The notes under the pieces were generated by a model, which saw nothing but the letters and a program-made list of their open reading frames with translations, made no database searches and had not been told where the DNA came from. A stretch of DNA of 64,000 nt, taken from an uncultured Verrucomicrobiae bacterium (GTDB taxonomy: Bacteria > Verrucomicrobiota > Verrucomicrobiia > Chthoniobacterales > Chthoniobacteraceae). The position numbers and the translations under genes were made by a program. The stretch's first letter is position 1, and each line of letters opens with the position of its first letter. This document shows positions 48,222 through 57,824 of this stretch, in pieces. The DNA is taken from assembly GCA_963769025.1 (NCBI GenBank), contig CAVYKI010000009.1, positions 800,001 to 864,000 on the forward strand, written 5' to 3'.

Positions 48222-49463
48222 ATGAAATCCCCCTCCGTGTTCGCCCTCACACTCCTCGCCGGAACATCCGTGCTGCTCGCCGAGAAGAACTGGCCACGGT
48301 TCGCCGGTCCGGACGGGTCGGGACATTCCACGGAAAAATCGCTGCCGGTGAAATGGGACGCGAACGCCATCGTCTGGAAGACCAAGCTGAAGGGCACCGG
48401 TCAGTCGTCGGTTGTGAATTGGGGCGACAAACTTTTCCTCACCAGTGCCGCGGAGGGCGGCAAGCAGCGCTTCGTGCATTGCCTCGACCGCCAGACAGGG
48501 AAGCTGCTGTGGGAGCGCGAAGTCGCGTGTGCGCAGCCGGAGCAGATTCACAAGATGAACACGTGGGCCACGCCGACGTGCGTGACGGATGGCGAGCGCG
48601 TCATCGCGTTTTTCGGGCCGGGCGGGATCCACAGTTTCGACCTCGATGGAAATCCGCAGTGGTCGCGCAATCTCGGTGAGTTTCCCGGGACGTGGGGCAT
48701 CGGCGCTTCGCCGATCATCGACGGCAACCTCGTCCTGCAGAACTGCGACGCCGAGGGGCCGTGCTCGCTCGTCGCCTTGAACAAGACGACCGGCGAACCC
48801 GCGTGGACCGCAAAGCGTCCCGACGCGCCGAAGGGCGGCTGGAACACTCCCGTCATTATCGAGGTCGCCGGGCGCCGCGAACTGCTCGTGAACGGCGAGT
48901 ACGGGCTCAATGCGTATGATCCCGCGACGGGCAAGGATCTGTGGTTTTGCAAAGCCTTCGCAGGCCGCGGCGAACCGCTCCCGGCTTACGCAAACGGCCT
49001 GCTTTACGTCGTGAGCGGACAGCCGGGAAACACCTACGTCGTGAAGCCCGGCGGCAGCGGCGACGTCACCGCCACGCACCGCATCCGCGACGCAAAGGTC
49101 GTCGGCGGACGCGACCTGCCGTCGCCGGTGGTCGTCGGCGATTACCTCCTCATCTCGAGCCTTTCCGGAATGCTCACCATGTACGACGCGAAGACCAGCC
49201 AGCCCATTTTCACCGAGCGCCTTGGCTCGCAGGTCTCCGCCTCGCCGCTCGTGGCGAATGGGCTCGTCTATTTCCAGATGGAGAATGGCGAGGTCATCGT
49301 CATCAAGCCGGGCAAGACGCTCGACATCGTCGCGCGCAACAAGGTCGGCTCCGAGAGCGACGAAATCTTTCGCGCCGGCCTCGTCCCGATCCAAGGCCGC
49401 CTCTTCACCCGGTCGCAGGACACGGTCTATTGCATCGGCGGCACGGCAAGCGCGGGCAAATAA
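48222..49463 (+). CDS. PQQ-like beta-propeller repeat secreted protein
   Basis: NWPRFAGP.G.G, repeated G...W blades, ASP/PSP motifs. Confidence 0.85.
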   Translation: MKSPSVFALTLLAGTSVLLAEKNWPRFAGPDGSGHSTEKSLPVKWDANAIVWKTKLKGTGQSSVVNWGDKLFLTSAAEGGKQRFVHCLDRQTGKLLWEREVACAQPEQIHKMNTWATPTCVTDGERVIAFFGPGGIHSFDLDGNPQWSRNLGEFPGTWGIGASPIIDGNLVLQNCDAEGPCSLVALNKTTGEPAWTAKRPDAPKGGWNTPVIIEVAGRRELLVNGEYGLNAYDPATGKDLWFCKAFAGRGEPLPAYANGLLYVVSGQPGNTYVVKPGGSGDVTATHRIRDAKVVGGRDLPSPVVVGDYLLISSLSGMLTMYDAKTSQPIFTERLGSQVSASPLVANGLVYFQMENGEVIVIKPGKTLDIVARNKVGSESDEIFRAGLVPIQGRLFTRSQDTVYCIGGTASAGK

Positions 49464-49529
49464 GCGCACGCTCGCAGCCATTTCCCGCACCCTCGCCAGC
49501 GCTTCACGTCGTTCCCCACTTTCCCTCCC

Positions 49530-50543
49530 ATGAAATACCCCAAGCTCCCGCTCGCAGCCATCGCAGCCATCGCGCTGCTCCATCTCAATTCAACCGCCTC
49601 CGCCGCGGACACCGGTTTCGCCATCGAGAAGACCGCGAATGGCGGCCTCACGGTAAAATTCAACGGTCAGATTTTTGCCGAATACGTGACTGACCAGGCC
49701 AACAAACCGTATCTCGCCCCGGTCTTCGGTCCCACGGGGAAACAGATGACCCGCAATTACCCGATGAAAGTCGTTGAGGGCGAGCAACGCGACCATCCGC
49801 ATCATCGCGGGATCTGCTTTGGCAACCAAGGCATCGCCGGAGTCAGCACATGGGAGGAGCCCGGCTCGCTCGTGGCGGCGGAAGCGAAGAAGCCCGGCTC
49901 GACCAAGGGCCGGCTGGAGCTGATCGGCTACATCAAGCATCGCGAATACAAGGAACTGAAGGCGGACGCGAAGCAAGCCGTGGTCGTCGCCGCGAGCGAC
50001 GTCGTGAATTTTGCGGGAAAGAAGCTGCTCGAAGAGGAGCATCGCATGACTTTCCGCGCCGATGCGGAAACGCGGACGATCGATTTCGACATCGACTATA
50101 TCGCCAGCGAGGGAGCGGTGAAATTTGAGGACAAGAAGGACGCCGGATTCAGCATTCGCGTCCCCTCCTCCATGGCGGTGGACACGAAGCAGGGCGGAAA
50201 AGTCATCAACAGCGAGGGCCATACCAACGCCGACGCATGGGCCAAGCGCGCGAAATGGTGTGATTACAGCGGCCCTGTCGAAGGCGAAACGCTCGGAGTG
50301 GCAATCCTGAATCACCCGAGCAGCTTCCGTCATCCCACGCCGTGGCACGTCCGCACGTACGGACTCTTCACGGCGAATCCGTTTGGCATGCGCAGCCTCG
50401 ACAAGACAGCGGAGGACGGCACGTTCGAGCTGCAAAAGGGCGAGCGCCTGAAACTCCGCCACCGCCTCATCTTTCACAAAGGCGATGAGAAGACCGCGAA
50501 GATCGCGGATGCCTTTGCGGCGTACGCGAAAGAGGCGAAGTAG
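49530..50543 (+). CDS. PmoA-like (DUF6807-type) secreted protein
   Basis: KPYL.P, DHPHHRG, WCDYSG, HPSS...P.PWHVR.YG...ANPF. Confidence 0.8.
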   Translation: MKYPKLPLAAIAAIALLHLNSTASAADTGFAIEKTANGGLTVKFNGQIFAEYVTDQANKPYLAPVFGPTGKQMTRNYPMKVVEGEQRDHPHHRGICFGNQGIAGVSTWEEPGSLVAAEAKKPGSTKGRLELIGYIKHREYKELKADAKQAVVVAASDVVNFAGKKLLEEEHRMTFRADAETRTIDFDIDYIASEGAVKFEDKKDAGFSIRVPSSMAVDTKQGGKVINSEGHTNADAWAKRAKWCDYSGPVEGETLGVAILNHPSSFRHPTPWHVRTYGLFTANPFGMRSLDKTAEDGTFELQKGERLKLRHRLIFHKGDEKTAKIADAFAAYAKEAK

Positions 50544-50698
50544 GCCCGGCCGGCGCGACACCATCGGCCGGCGAACCCGGTGGAATGATTCGCCCCACGC
50601 TGCGGCCGGCCAGCGCAAGGCGAGCAGTGCCTCATTTTCACAGCCAGCGGAGGCTCGCCAATCGAAAGCCGGCGTGCTTCATCATCCGCCTCCATCCC

Positions 50699-51511
50699 AT
50701 GAAATCCGCCATCACCGTCTCCCTCGTCACGCAAGCCAAAGGCGGGCCGTTTGTCTATTGGAACGGCCTGGCGGATGCGTGCGAAAAGGCCGCTGCGCTC
50801 GGCTTTGACGCCATCGAGATTTTCCCGCCCGCGGCCAATGCGCTCGACATCGCGGAAGTGCAGGGACTGCTCGATCATCACGAGTTGAAGGTCGCCGCGG
50901 TCGGCACCGGCGGCGGATGGCTGATTCACAAGTGGACGCTCACGCATCCCGACGCGGAGATTCGCAAGCAGGCGCGGGAATTCATCCGTGCGGTCGTGGA
51001 TGTCGCAGGCGGCTTCGGCGCACCTGCGATCCTCGGCTCGATGCAGGGGCGCTGGGAAAACAACATCGTCCGCGAGCAGGCGCTCGCGTGGCTCGGCGAA
51101 GCGCTCGACGATCTCGGCGAACACGCGGCATCGCACGGCACCGTCTTTCTCTACGAGCCGCTGAACCGCTACGAGACGAACCTCTTCAACCGCCAGCAGG
51201 ACGCCGCGGATTGGCTGCGCACGCTGAAGACGCAAAACGTGCGGCTGCTCTGCGATCTCTTCCACATGGCCATCGAGGAATCCGACCCCGCAGCCACGCT
51301 GCGCGCGTGCGGGCCGGTTGTGGGGCATGTGCACTTCGCCGACTCGAACCGCCGCGCCATCGGCATGGGCCACACTGACATCGAGCCCATTATCGCCGCG
51401 CTGCGCGACATCGGCTACAAGGGCTACCTCTCCGCGGAGATCGTGCCGCTGCCGGATTCCGACGCAGCAGCGAAGCAGACCATCGCGAGCTTCCGCGCAC
51501 TCACCGCCTGA
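50699..51511 (+). CDS. Sugar phosphate isomerase/epimerase (xylose isomerase-like TIM barrel)
   Basis: GFDAIE, YEPLNRYET, DLFHMAIEE, HVHFADSNR, YLSAE. Confidence 0.88.
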   Translation: MKSAITVSLVTQAKGGPFVYWNGLADACEKAAALGFDAIEIFPPAANALDIAEVQGLLDHHELKVAAVGTGGGWLIHKWTLTHPDAEIRKQAREFIRAVVDVAGGFGAPAILGSMQGRWENNIVREQALAWLGEALDDLGEHAASHGTVFLYEPLNRYETNLFNRQQDAADWLRTLKTQNVRLLCDLFHMAIEESDPAATLRACGPVVGHVHFADSNRRAIGMGHTDIEPIIAALRDIGYKGYLSAEIVPLPDSDAAAKQTIASFRALTA

Positions 51512-51528
51512 TCGAAGTGCAAGAAATG

Positions 51529-51627
51529 AAACGCGGAGACGCAGAGATGCGGAGGAAGCGAAGACATTCGCGATCGAACCATTCGTCGCGGCAGTGTTTC
51601 TTGCATCGCTCTGCGTCTCTGCGTTTT
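51529..51627. repeat. Palindromic intergenic repeat (acgcrgag units), copy 2
   Basis: aaacgcggagacgcagagatgcggag ... ctctgcgtctctgcgtttt; same family as 31187-31290. Confidence 0.7.
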
Positions 51628-51668
51628 GAAAATATCCCCCTAACCGCTCCCTCCTCTCAACTCTCACC

Positions 51669-52115
51669 ATGCTGAAGACCCCGCTCCTCCATCCCGACAT
51701 CCTCGCCATCGCCGCACGCTGCGGACACCACGCCAAAATTCTCATCGCCGACGGCAACTATCCCGCGTCCACGGCCAAGGGCCCAAATGCGCAGCAGGTC
51801 TGCCTCCAGCTCATCCCCGGCGTGCCCACCGTCGCGCAGGTCCTCCGCGCGCTCATGAGCGTGCTGCCGTTCGACGCCATCAACACCATGGGCATCCCCG
51901 CCGACGATCCGTATGCAAAATACGGCGAGCCGCCGGTGTGGAAGGAACTGCGCGCCATCGCCGTCGAAACGGGCGCGACCGTGACCATCGAGCCGATTTC
52001 CAAATGGGATTTCTACAAGGCCGTCGAGTCCGCCGACCACGTGCTCACCATCCAGACCGCCGACCAGGCGCTGTGGGCGAACGTGCTGCTCACCGTCGGC
52101 GTCCGCACCTCGTAG
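51669..52115 (+). CDS. RbsD/FucU family sugar mutarotase/pyranase
   Basis: MLKT.LLHP.IL...A..GH...ILIADGNYP, FY...., YAN-like WANVLL. Confidence 0.88.
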   Translation: MLKTPLLHPDILAIAARCGHHAKILIADGNYPASTAKGPNAQQVCLQLIPGVPTVAQVLRALMSVLPFDAINTMGIPADDPYAKYGEPPVWKELRAIAVETGATVTIEPISKWDFYKAVESADHVLTIQTADQALWANVLLTVGVRTS

Positions 52116-52152
52116 AATCCGAAATCCAAAAATCCCAAATCTTAAATCCAAT
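52116..52152 (+). repeat. Degenerate 7-bp tandem repeat (aaatcc-n) intergenic spacer
   Basis: aatccga-aatccaa-aaatccc-aaatctt-aaatcca. Confidence 0.55.
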
Positions 52153-53092
52153 ATGCCCCTTCCCACCCGCCGTCTCGGCAAAACGGATCTCCACCTTCCC
52201 ATCCTCAGCTTCGGCGCATCGTCGCTCGGCGCGGAGTTTCGCAACGTCACGCTCGAGGAGGTGATGAAGAGCGTCCACGTGGCGCTCGAATGCGGGCTGA
52301 ACTTCATCGACACGTCGCCATTCTACGGCCGCGGCATGAGCGAGGTGCTGCTCGGCGTCGCGCTGAAAGGCGTGCCGCGCGACAGCTACACGCTTTGCAC
52401 GAAACTCGGGCGCTACGATCTGCAGCATTTCGATTTCTCCGCGAAGCGCGTCGCGGAGAGCGTGGACGTGTCGCTGCACCGCCTCGGCACCGACCACCTC
52501 GACATCGTGCTGTGCCACGACATCGAGTTCGTGCCGATGCAGCAGATCGTGGATGAGACGATTCCCGCGATGAAAAAGATCCAGCAGTCCGGCAAGGTCC
52601 GCTACATCGGTTTCAGCGGCTACCCGATGAAGATTTTCCGCTTCATCTGCGACCAGACGGACGTGGACTGCGTGCTGAGCTACAACCAGTACACGCTGCA
52701 AAACACCCGGTTCGCCGACGAGGCCGTGCCTTACCTGAAAAGCAAAGGTGTGGGCGCGATGAATGCCGGCCCGTTCAGCGCGCGCCTGCTCACGAATGCG
52801 CCGCTGCCCGCATGGCTGAAGGAGCCGGAGAACGTGAAGGCCGCGGCGCGCAAGGCGGCGGAGCTTTGCGCCAGCAAGGGCGTCGGACATCGCCAAGCTC
52901 GCACTGCAGTTCTCCATCGAAAACCCGGACATCGCGACCACCGTGAGCGGCAGCGCGAACCCGAACAACATCCGCAACTGGGCGAAATGGGCGGCTGAGC
53001 CGATCGACCGGGAATTGCTCGCCGAGGTGCAGGCGATCTTCGCCCCGGTGAAAAATCTCGGGCACAAGGAAGGGCTGCCCGAGAACAACTGA
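52153..53092 (+). CDS. Aldo/keto reductase, L-galactose/L-fucose dehydrogenase-like (frameshift near 52885)
   Basis: RRLGKTD, FGASSLG, IDTSPFYG...SE..LG, TKLGRY...FDFSA, CHDIEF, GFSGYP. Confidence 0.85.
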
Positions 53093-53205
53093 GCGCGCAC
53101 TCATGGCGCAGGCGCCCTGCCTGCGAACGGAGTGACGTTTTGCCTCCCGGAACGGCCTGCACTCCCGTGGCTCACAGCAGCCACTCAGGCCCCCGCCCAG
53201 TGTCA

Positions 53206-53233
53206 TTGACAGCCCTGCGCTCACTGATAGCTT
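53206..53233 (+). promoter_or_regulatory. Putative sigma70 promoter of ridA-pyrE-secA
   Basis: TTGACA-16bp-TAGCTT with extended -10 TG. Confidence 0.6.
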
Positions 53234-53248
53234 CGCCGCCCATTTTCC

Positions 53249-53650
53249 ATGAAACGAGCCATCGCCAGTGATCGCGCACCAAAAGCAGTCGGCCCCTACT
53301 CCCAGGCCGTCGCATTTGGCGATCTGCTTTTCTGCGCAGGGCAGATTCCGCTCGACCCCGTCACGGGCGAAATCACCGGTGCCGATGTCGCCGCACAGAC
53401 GGAGCGGGTCATCGAGAACATCAAGGCCGTGCTCGCCGTGAATGCGATGACGCTCGGCGATGTCGTCAAGACGACGGTCTTCCTGACGACGATGGACGAC
53501 TTCGCGGCGATGAATGCGGTGTACGCGCGGCATTTTTCCGAACCGTTTCCCGCGCGCTCGACGGTTGCGGTGCTTGGACTTCCCCGCGGGGCAAAGGTGG
53601 AAATCGAAGTCACCGCGGCGAAATCCAAAGCAGACGGCTCCAAGGCATGA
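53249..53650 (+). CDS. ridA: RidA/YjgF enamine deaminase
   Basis: APKAVGPYSQAV, GQIP, VVKTTVFL, PARS.V.V..LP....VEIE. Confidence 0.92.
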   Translation: MKRAIASDRAPKAVGPYSQAVAFGDLLFCAGQIPLDPVTGEITGADVAAQTERVIENIKAVLAVNAMTLGDVVKTTVFLTTMDDFAAMNAVYARHFSEPFPARSTVAVLGLPRGAKVEIEVTAAKSKADGSKA

Positions 53651-54216
53651 ACGACGACGAAATCCTTTCACTTTTCCGCCAGACAAACGCCCTTCTCGAG
53701 GGGCACTTCGTCCTCCGGTCCGGCCTGCACAGCCGGCAGTTTTTCCAGTGCGCGCTCCTGCTGAAGGAGACGCCGGTCGCCGTGCGCATCTGCGCCGCGC
53801 TCGCGGAGAAGGTGCGCGGTGTCGGCGCCGAGATGGTCATCTCGCCCGCGATGGGCGGAATCATCGTCGGCCACGAAATCGCCCGCACCCTCGGATTGCC
53901 GCACATCTTCGCGGAGAAGGACGAAGGACTGCTCGTGCTGCGGCGCGGGTTTGAAATCCGGCCCGGCCAGAAATTCATCGTCGCCGAAGACGTCGTCACC
54001 CGCGGCGGACGCGTGCAGGAGACCATCGACATTGTCCGCTCGCGCGGCGGCGTGGTCGTGGCGATCGCGACGATCGTTGATCGCTCCGGCGGCAAGCTTC
54101 CCGACTTCGGCGCGCCGTTCTTCGCTCTCATGCAGCTGAATGTCGAAACATTCGAGGCCGACAAACTTCCACCCGATCTCGCGGCCACACAGGCCATCAA
54201 GCCCGGCAGCAAATAG
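53647..54216 (+). CDS. pyrE: Orotate phosphoribosyltransferase
   Basis: GHFVLRSGLHS, PAMGG, LRRGF, AEDVVTRGG, KPGS. Confidence 0.92.
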   Translation: MNDDEILSLFRQTNALLEGHFVLRSGLHSRQFFQCALLLKETPVAVRICAALAEKVRGVGAEMVISPAMGGIIVGHEIARTLGLPHIFAEKDEGLLVLRRGFEIRPGQKFIVAEDVVTRGGRVQETIDIVRSRGGVVVAIATIVDRSGGKLPDFGAPFFALMQLNVETFEADKLPPDLAATQAIKPGSK

Positions 54217-54249
54217 CCCGGCAATCCATCGCACCTCTCCCTTTTCATC

Positions 54250-57200
54250 ATGAATCCTGTCACCTGGATCCTCAAAAAATTCTTCGGCTCCAAAAACGCG
54301 CGCATGGTCAAGGCCCTGCGGCCGGTCGTCGCGCGCATCAACCAACTCGAACAGGAATACCGTTCGCTGAGCGACGATGCACTGCGCGCGAAGGTCGCGA
54401 AGTGGAAGGAGGAGCTGAAGCCTCTCGACTGGACCGCGCAGCAGCAATACCTCGACAAAATCCTGCCCGAGGCATTCGCGGCGGTGAAGAACGCCGCCTT
54501 CCGGCTGAACGAACGCAAGGCCGAGTTCACCGTCTGCGGCCAGCCGATGACGTGGGCGATGGTGCATTTCGACACGCAGCTCATCGGCGGCTACTGCCTG
54601 CACAAGGGCATGATCGCCGAGATGGCCACCGGCGAGGGCAAGACCCTCGTCGCCACGCTCCCGCTTTTCCTGAACGGACTCACGGGTCGCGGCGCGCATC
54701 TCGTCACGACGAACGACTACCTCGCCCGCCGCGACGCGGAGTGGATGGGGCAGATTTACCAGTTCCTCGGCCTCACCGTCGGCATCATCCAGCACGACCA
54801 GTCGCCCGACGTCCGCCGCGAGCAATACGCCGCGGACATCTGCTACGGCATGAACTCCGAGTTCGGCTTCGATTACCTGCGCGACAACGGCATGGCCACA
54901 TCGAAGGAGCAGCAGGTCCAGCGCGGACACTGGTTCGCCATCGTGGACGAGGTGGACTCCATCCTCATCGACGAAGCGCGCGTGCCGCTCATCATCAGCG
55001 GCCCCGTCACCGTCTCCACGCATCAGTTCGACAAGTACAAGCCGCTCGTCGAAGCAGATCGTCAAAAAGCAGACGATGCTCTGCAACCGCCTCGCGAACG
55101 AAGCCACGCAGCTCTTTGAACAAGCCGACGTGGACCCGAAAGCCGGACCGCCGGCGAAGGGAAAGGCCAGCGACAGCAGCCGCATCGAGGATGCCGCGCG
55201 CATCATGGTCAAAGTGAAATGGGGCCAGCCGCTGAACAAAGGCTACCTCCGCGCGATGGAGGATCCCGAGAAGCGCAAGGCCATCGAGAAGATGGAACTC
55301 TCCTTCTACGCCGACGTGCGCAAGGAGGAGATGTGGAAGCTCAAGGAGGAGCTCTTCTTCACGATCGACCAGCGAGCCCACGAGGCCGACCTCACCGAGC
55401 AGGGCCGCAATTTCATGAGCCCCGGCGATCCCGATGCATTCGTCCTGCCGGACCTTCCGACGCATTCGCCGAAATCGACGGCAGACACCGAACTGACGGA
55501 TCAGCAAAAGATCGAGGCAAAGGCGAAGGCCCAGGAGCACATGAATGTGCAGAGCGAGCGCATCCACAACATCTCGCAGCTCCTCCGCGCGTACTGCCTT
55601 TACGAAAAGGACGTCCACTACATCGTCGCCGAGGGCAAGGTCGTCATCGTCGATGAAAACACCGGGCGCACGATGCCCGGCCGCCGCTGGAGCGACGGCC
55701 TCCACCAGGCCGTCGAGGCGAAGGAAGGCGTCCAGATCGACAAGGAGACCCAGACGCTCGCGACGATCACGGTGCAGAATTATTTCCGCCTGTACAAGAA
55801 GCTCGGCGGCATGACCGGCACGGCGGAAACCGAGGCAAACGAATTCCACGACATCTACAAACTGGATGTCGCCGTCATCCCGACGAACCGCCCGTGCGTC
55901 CGCAAGGACGGCAACGACCTCATCTTCAAGACGCGCCGGGAAAAGTACAACTCGGTCGTGAAGGAAATCTCGGAGGCGCATGCGAAGGGCCAGCCCGTGC
56001 TCGTCGGCACGGCGAGCGTCGAGGCGTCGGAACTTGGTTTCGCGCATGCTGCAGCGCGCGAAAATCCCGCACACGGTGCTCAACGCGCGCCACAACCAGC
56101 AGGAGGCCGAGATCATCTCCCGCGCCGGGCAATTCGGCGCCGTCACCATTTCCACGAACATGGCGGGCCGCGGCACGGACATCAAACTCGCGCCGGGCGT
56201 CGCCGAGGTCGGCGGGCTCTACGTGCTCGCCACCGAGCGTCACGAATCCCGCCGCATCGACCGCCAGCTCCGCGGCCGCGGCGCGCGCCAGGGCGATCCG
56301 GGCTACTCACGTTTCTACGTCAGCTTCGAGGACGACCTCATGCGCAACTTCGGCGCCGCCGAGCGCATGACGAAGCTCATGGAGCGTTTCGGCATGCAGG
56401 AAGGCGAGGCTCTGGAGCATTCGTGGCTGAACAAGTCCGTCGAGACCGCGCAAAAGCGCGTCGAGCAGCGCAACTACCTCATCCGCAAACGCACGCTCGA
56501 ATTCGACGACGTGATGAACAAGCAGCGCGAAGTCATCTACGGCTGGCGCAACGAGGCCATCAACACCGACGATCCGCGCGCGCTGCTTTACGACGTCATC
56601 GACGACCGCATCCCGGAGAAGGTCGAGGAATTCTTCCCGAGCGGCGAGATGCCCGACACCGAGGGCCTGCTCCAGTGGGCGAACATCACTTTCCCCATCT
56701 CTGTGGACAAGGCGTCCATCGAAGGCAAGACCGAGGAGGAAGTCGCCGCGCACCTCTGCGAACGCGTGAAGAAAGCCTACGAGCTGAAATCGCAGCACGA
56801 GGTGCCCGAGCAGCTCAAGAGCCTGGAACGCTACATCACGCTCGGCGCAATCGACCGCCTGTGGCAGGAGCACCTCTACGGCATGGACGGCCTGCGCGAG
56901 GGCGTTTACCTCCGCGCCTACGGCCAGAAGGATCCGCTCATCGAGTACAAGCAGGAAGCCTACAAGATGTTCAAGGTGCTCATGGGAGGCATGAAGGACG
57001 AAGTGCTCCACAACCTCTTCCGCAGCACGTCGAACATCATGGCCTTCGAGGAATTCCTCTCGAACCTGCCGCAATTCCTCTCCGCGCCCGACGAGAGCAG
57101 CATCCCCGCCGGCACTGGCACCGTCGCGCCTCAGCCCGAAGAGGCCGGTGCCGAGGCCGAACCGCATCTCAATCTCCCCGTGCGCCGCGAAATCCCCAAG

Positions 57201-57272
57201 GTCGGCCGCAACGAGCCCTGCCCCTGCGGAAGCGGGCGAAAATTCAAGGACTGCTGCGGGAAGAAGGCGTAG
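54250..57272 (+). CDS. secA: Preprotein translocase ATPase SecA (frameshifts near 55055, 55460, 56035)
   Basis: [57 protein letters not shown]-terminal [22 protein letters not shown]. Confidence 0.97.
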
Positions 57273-57371
57273 TGCATGGCCGAGGCGCAGGGTTTGCCAT
57301 TTCCCCCGCCCTTTCCTCATCCGCGCGAACAGTGAAATGTCCGCCGTTCGTGAAGAGCCGCCTTTGCACGC

Positions 57372-57788
57372 TTACGCGGATTGCTTCCTGGTTTGCCGCA
57401 GTTGCTTCGCTGTCACCTTCACGAGTTCCATCGCGACTTTCAGGTCGAGGTCGGCGAGCTTTTTGAAACGGATGCAACATTTGCCGACGGATACTTTGCC
57501 TAGTCGGTGCTTGTTTTTCTCGGCGAGCGAGTCGTCACCGCAACCGAGGTAGAGGCTGATGTATTGCTTCTGGCTCGCGAGCATCACCACGCCGGTGTCT
57601 CCCTCGCGTCCGCTTTGGTATTTGTAGCGATACTTCCCGTAGCCGAGGAAACCGGCGATCATCTCGGGCTTGTGCTTCGGGATGGCCTTGCAGATCGCCT
57701 CGTGCAGCGCGCACACGTCGCTTCGTCGTGGCTCTGCGAGGCTGGCGAAATATTGCCCGGGCGTCTTGATGTCCGGGGAAGCGATCAT
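57372..57788 (-). CDS. DUF1801 domain protein
   Basis: [34 protein letters not shown]. Confidence 0.85.
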   Translation of the reverse strand: MIASPDIKTPGQYFASLAEPRRSDVCALHEAICKAIPKHKPEMIAGFLGYGKYRYKYQSGREGDTGVVMLASQKQYISLYLGCGDDSLAEKNKHRLGKVSVGKCCIRFKKLADLDLKVAMELVKVTAKQLRQTRKQSA

Positions 57789-57824
57789 GTTCGGGCGGCG
57801 TCCTGCCGTCGGCGGCTGCGAGGC

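Noticed and set aside
49530..50543. Methane monooxygenase (pmoA) interpretation
   Set aside because: This is a soluble secreted protein of the misleadingly named PmoA-like family. It lacks the multi-TM profile and there are no pmoB or pmoC neighbours.
31187..51627. CRISPR array suggested by repeated motifs
   Set aside because: The repeats are inverted pairs or coding microsatellites, not regularly spaced direct repeats with unique spacers, and no cas genes are present.
52116..52152. Functional significance of the heptamer tract
   Set aside because: Only five degenerate units in a 37-bp spacer. It is recorded as a repeat, but nothing supports a specific role.
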